Below, one piece after another: positions 61,854 to 64,000 of a stretch of 64,000 nt of DNA. The stretch's first letter is position 1; every line of letters begins with the position of its first letter. The position numbers were made by a program, and so were the translations under genes. Source of the stretch: the human T2T-CHM13v2.0 reference genome, Homo sapiens; assembly GCF_009914755.1 (NCBI RefSeq), contig NC_060932.1, one strand, 5' to 3'. Under the pieces are notes generated by a model. That model made no database searches, was not told where the DNA came from, and worked only from the letters and a program-made list of their open reading frames with translations.

Positions 61854-62761
61854 TGATAGGGACAGGAGGCAGGGAAATTCTGGGCAGAAGAAGATGGTCC
61901 CCAGCGAGGACTCCACCCTCAATCCTGGAACTGCAGCCCAAAGTGACATGTATTCCTGTTTTCCCACTATAATGTTGCCCTTTCCAAAACCACCCATGGC
62001 CCCACTCCCCTACCCTGTGCCCATAAAAACCCCAGGCTCTACCAGCAGAGAAGAGGAGAGGAGAAGAGGAGAAGCAGCTGGATGTCAGAGACTACGGTTG
62101 GATGTCGGAGAGAAGCAGCTTAACTTCAGAGGGACAGCTTGACAGCATTCCTTTGGAGAGGAGTCAGCTGGGGACGGCCAGACAGACTCCAGGAGAAGAT
62201 TATTTTTCCACTCCATCCCCTTTCCAGCTCCTCTTCCCACTGAGAGCCACTTTCATTGGCAACAAAATCCTCTGTATTCACCACCCTTCGATTTGTTCAT
62301 GTGATCTGATTTTTCCTGGATGCTGAACAAGAGCGTGGGTGCCACAGGTGTGGATGCTAAAAGCTGTCACACTGACCCTCTGCCCTCACTGGTGGAGACC
62401 AACTGCCCCATGTGAAAAGGCAGAGGGCCCACTGAGCCGTTAAAACTTAAGCCATCTGCGGACAGCAAAAGCTAAAAGAGAGTTAACTATAACACATTCC
62501 TTCTGGGGCTTCAAGGGTTGTGGGTACTCCTCACAGATGCTGCCATGAGGCCTGCATGGAGTTTTGCTCCTGCCGGTGCCCAAAAGAATTCACCCAAGCT
62601 CCTGCACCTGCTCACCTGCATGCTCCCTCCCTCAAGGGGCTGAGCGCAATGGGTTCAAGTGAGTGGAGTTTGCCCCTGCCAGCGCCAAAGCAGCCAGCTA
62701 GCTCCAGCATGCGCATTCCAGTTCCCACCCACGAAGGGATCGGAGAAACTATCCTGCTTCA
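61854..62761 (+). mobile_element. ERV1 solo LTR (LTR1/LTR28-like), 908 bp, antisense to RRM2B
   Basis: Begins TGATAGGGACAGGAGGCAGGGAAATTCTGGG, ends ...TCCTGCTTCA; 4-bp TSD ATTT (61850-61853, 62762-62765); TATA-like cccataaaaaccc near 62020. Confidence 0.85.
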
Positions 62762-62873
62762 ATTTTGTCAGAAAAAATCTTTTAAATATTTTTCATAATT
62801 AACTTCATGAACAGTTGAAATATGTAATTGTCTTTGTCTTTTGCCTTTCTTTTATTTACTCTAACAAACCCTC

Positions 62874-63785
<912 letters not shown>

Positions 63786-64000
63786 CTTATATATTATATA
63801 TTTGATATTAAATGTTAATATTGTAAGATGCTTCCTCTTAAATATTAAAATTATTTCTTTGAACACTCAGTTTCAAAGGTCTTCTAAATTTTATTTACAC
63901 TACATTGGAAATATTCCCTTCCTGCCTAGCTTTTTCTTATTTGAGCAAATTCTCAATTTCATCATTTAAATACTGATTCCAAACTAGACAATTATCATAA

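Noticed and set aside
61854-62761. Possible p53 response element in the intronic LTR
   Set aside because: Only isolated CATG cores with poor flanks and no paired RRRCWWGYYY decamers; the known RRM2B p53 site is in intron 1, outside the window

Overview
Primate, almost certainly human, genomic DNA. The right third holds the 3' part of RRM2B (p53R2, p53-inducible ribonucleotide reductase small subunit) on the minus strand. Seven coding exons (3-9, 59934 to 42033) all have GT-AG junctions and join into one open frame with intact di-iron ligands and the radical tyrosine. A ~3.6 kb 3'UTR ends near an AATAAA at 38419-38424; exons 1-2 lie outside the window. The left ~38 kb is intergenic and repeat-dense: ERVL pol/gag remnants, two full-length MST MaLR proviruses, THE1 and MST solo LTRs, L1/L2/MIR/MER5 relics, Alus and microsatellites. 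Nearly all ORF-track entries are repeat-derived. I found no convincing new gene or biological system. The best unexplained structures are local duplications: a ~400-450 bp inverted duplication just past the RRM2B poly(A) site, a 65-bp templated insertion into a palindrome, a duplicated 3'UTR block, a 228-bp direct duplication and a repeat bracketing exon 7. Also notable are a young AluYg6-lineage insertion, a THE1 LTR carrying the CCTCCCT hotspot motif, and inverted Alus around exon 5. Repeat subfamily calls are from memory of consensus sequences and need RepeatMasker/Dfam confirmation.
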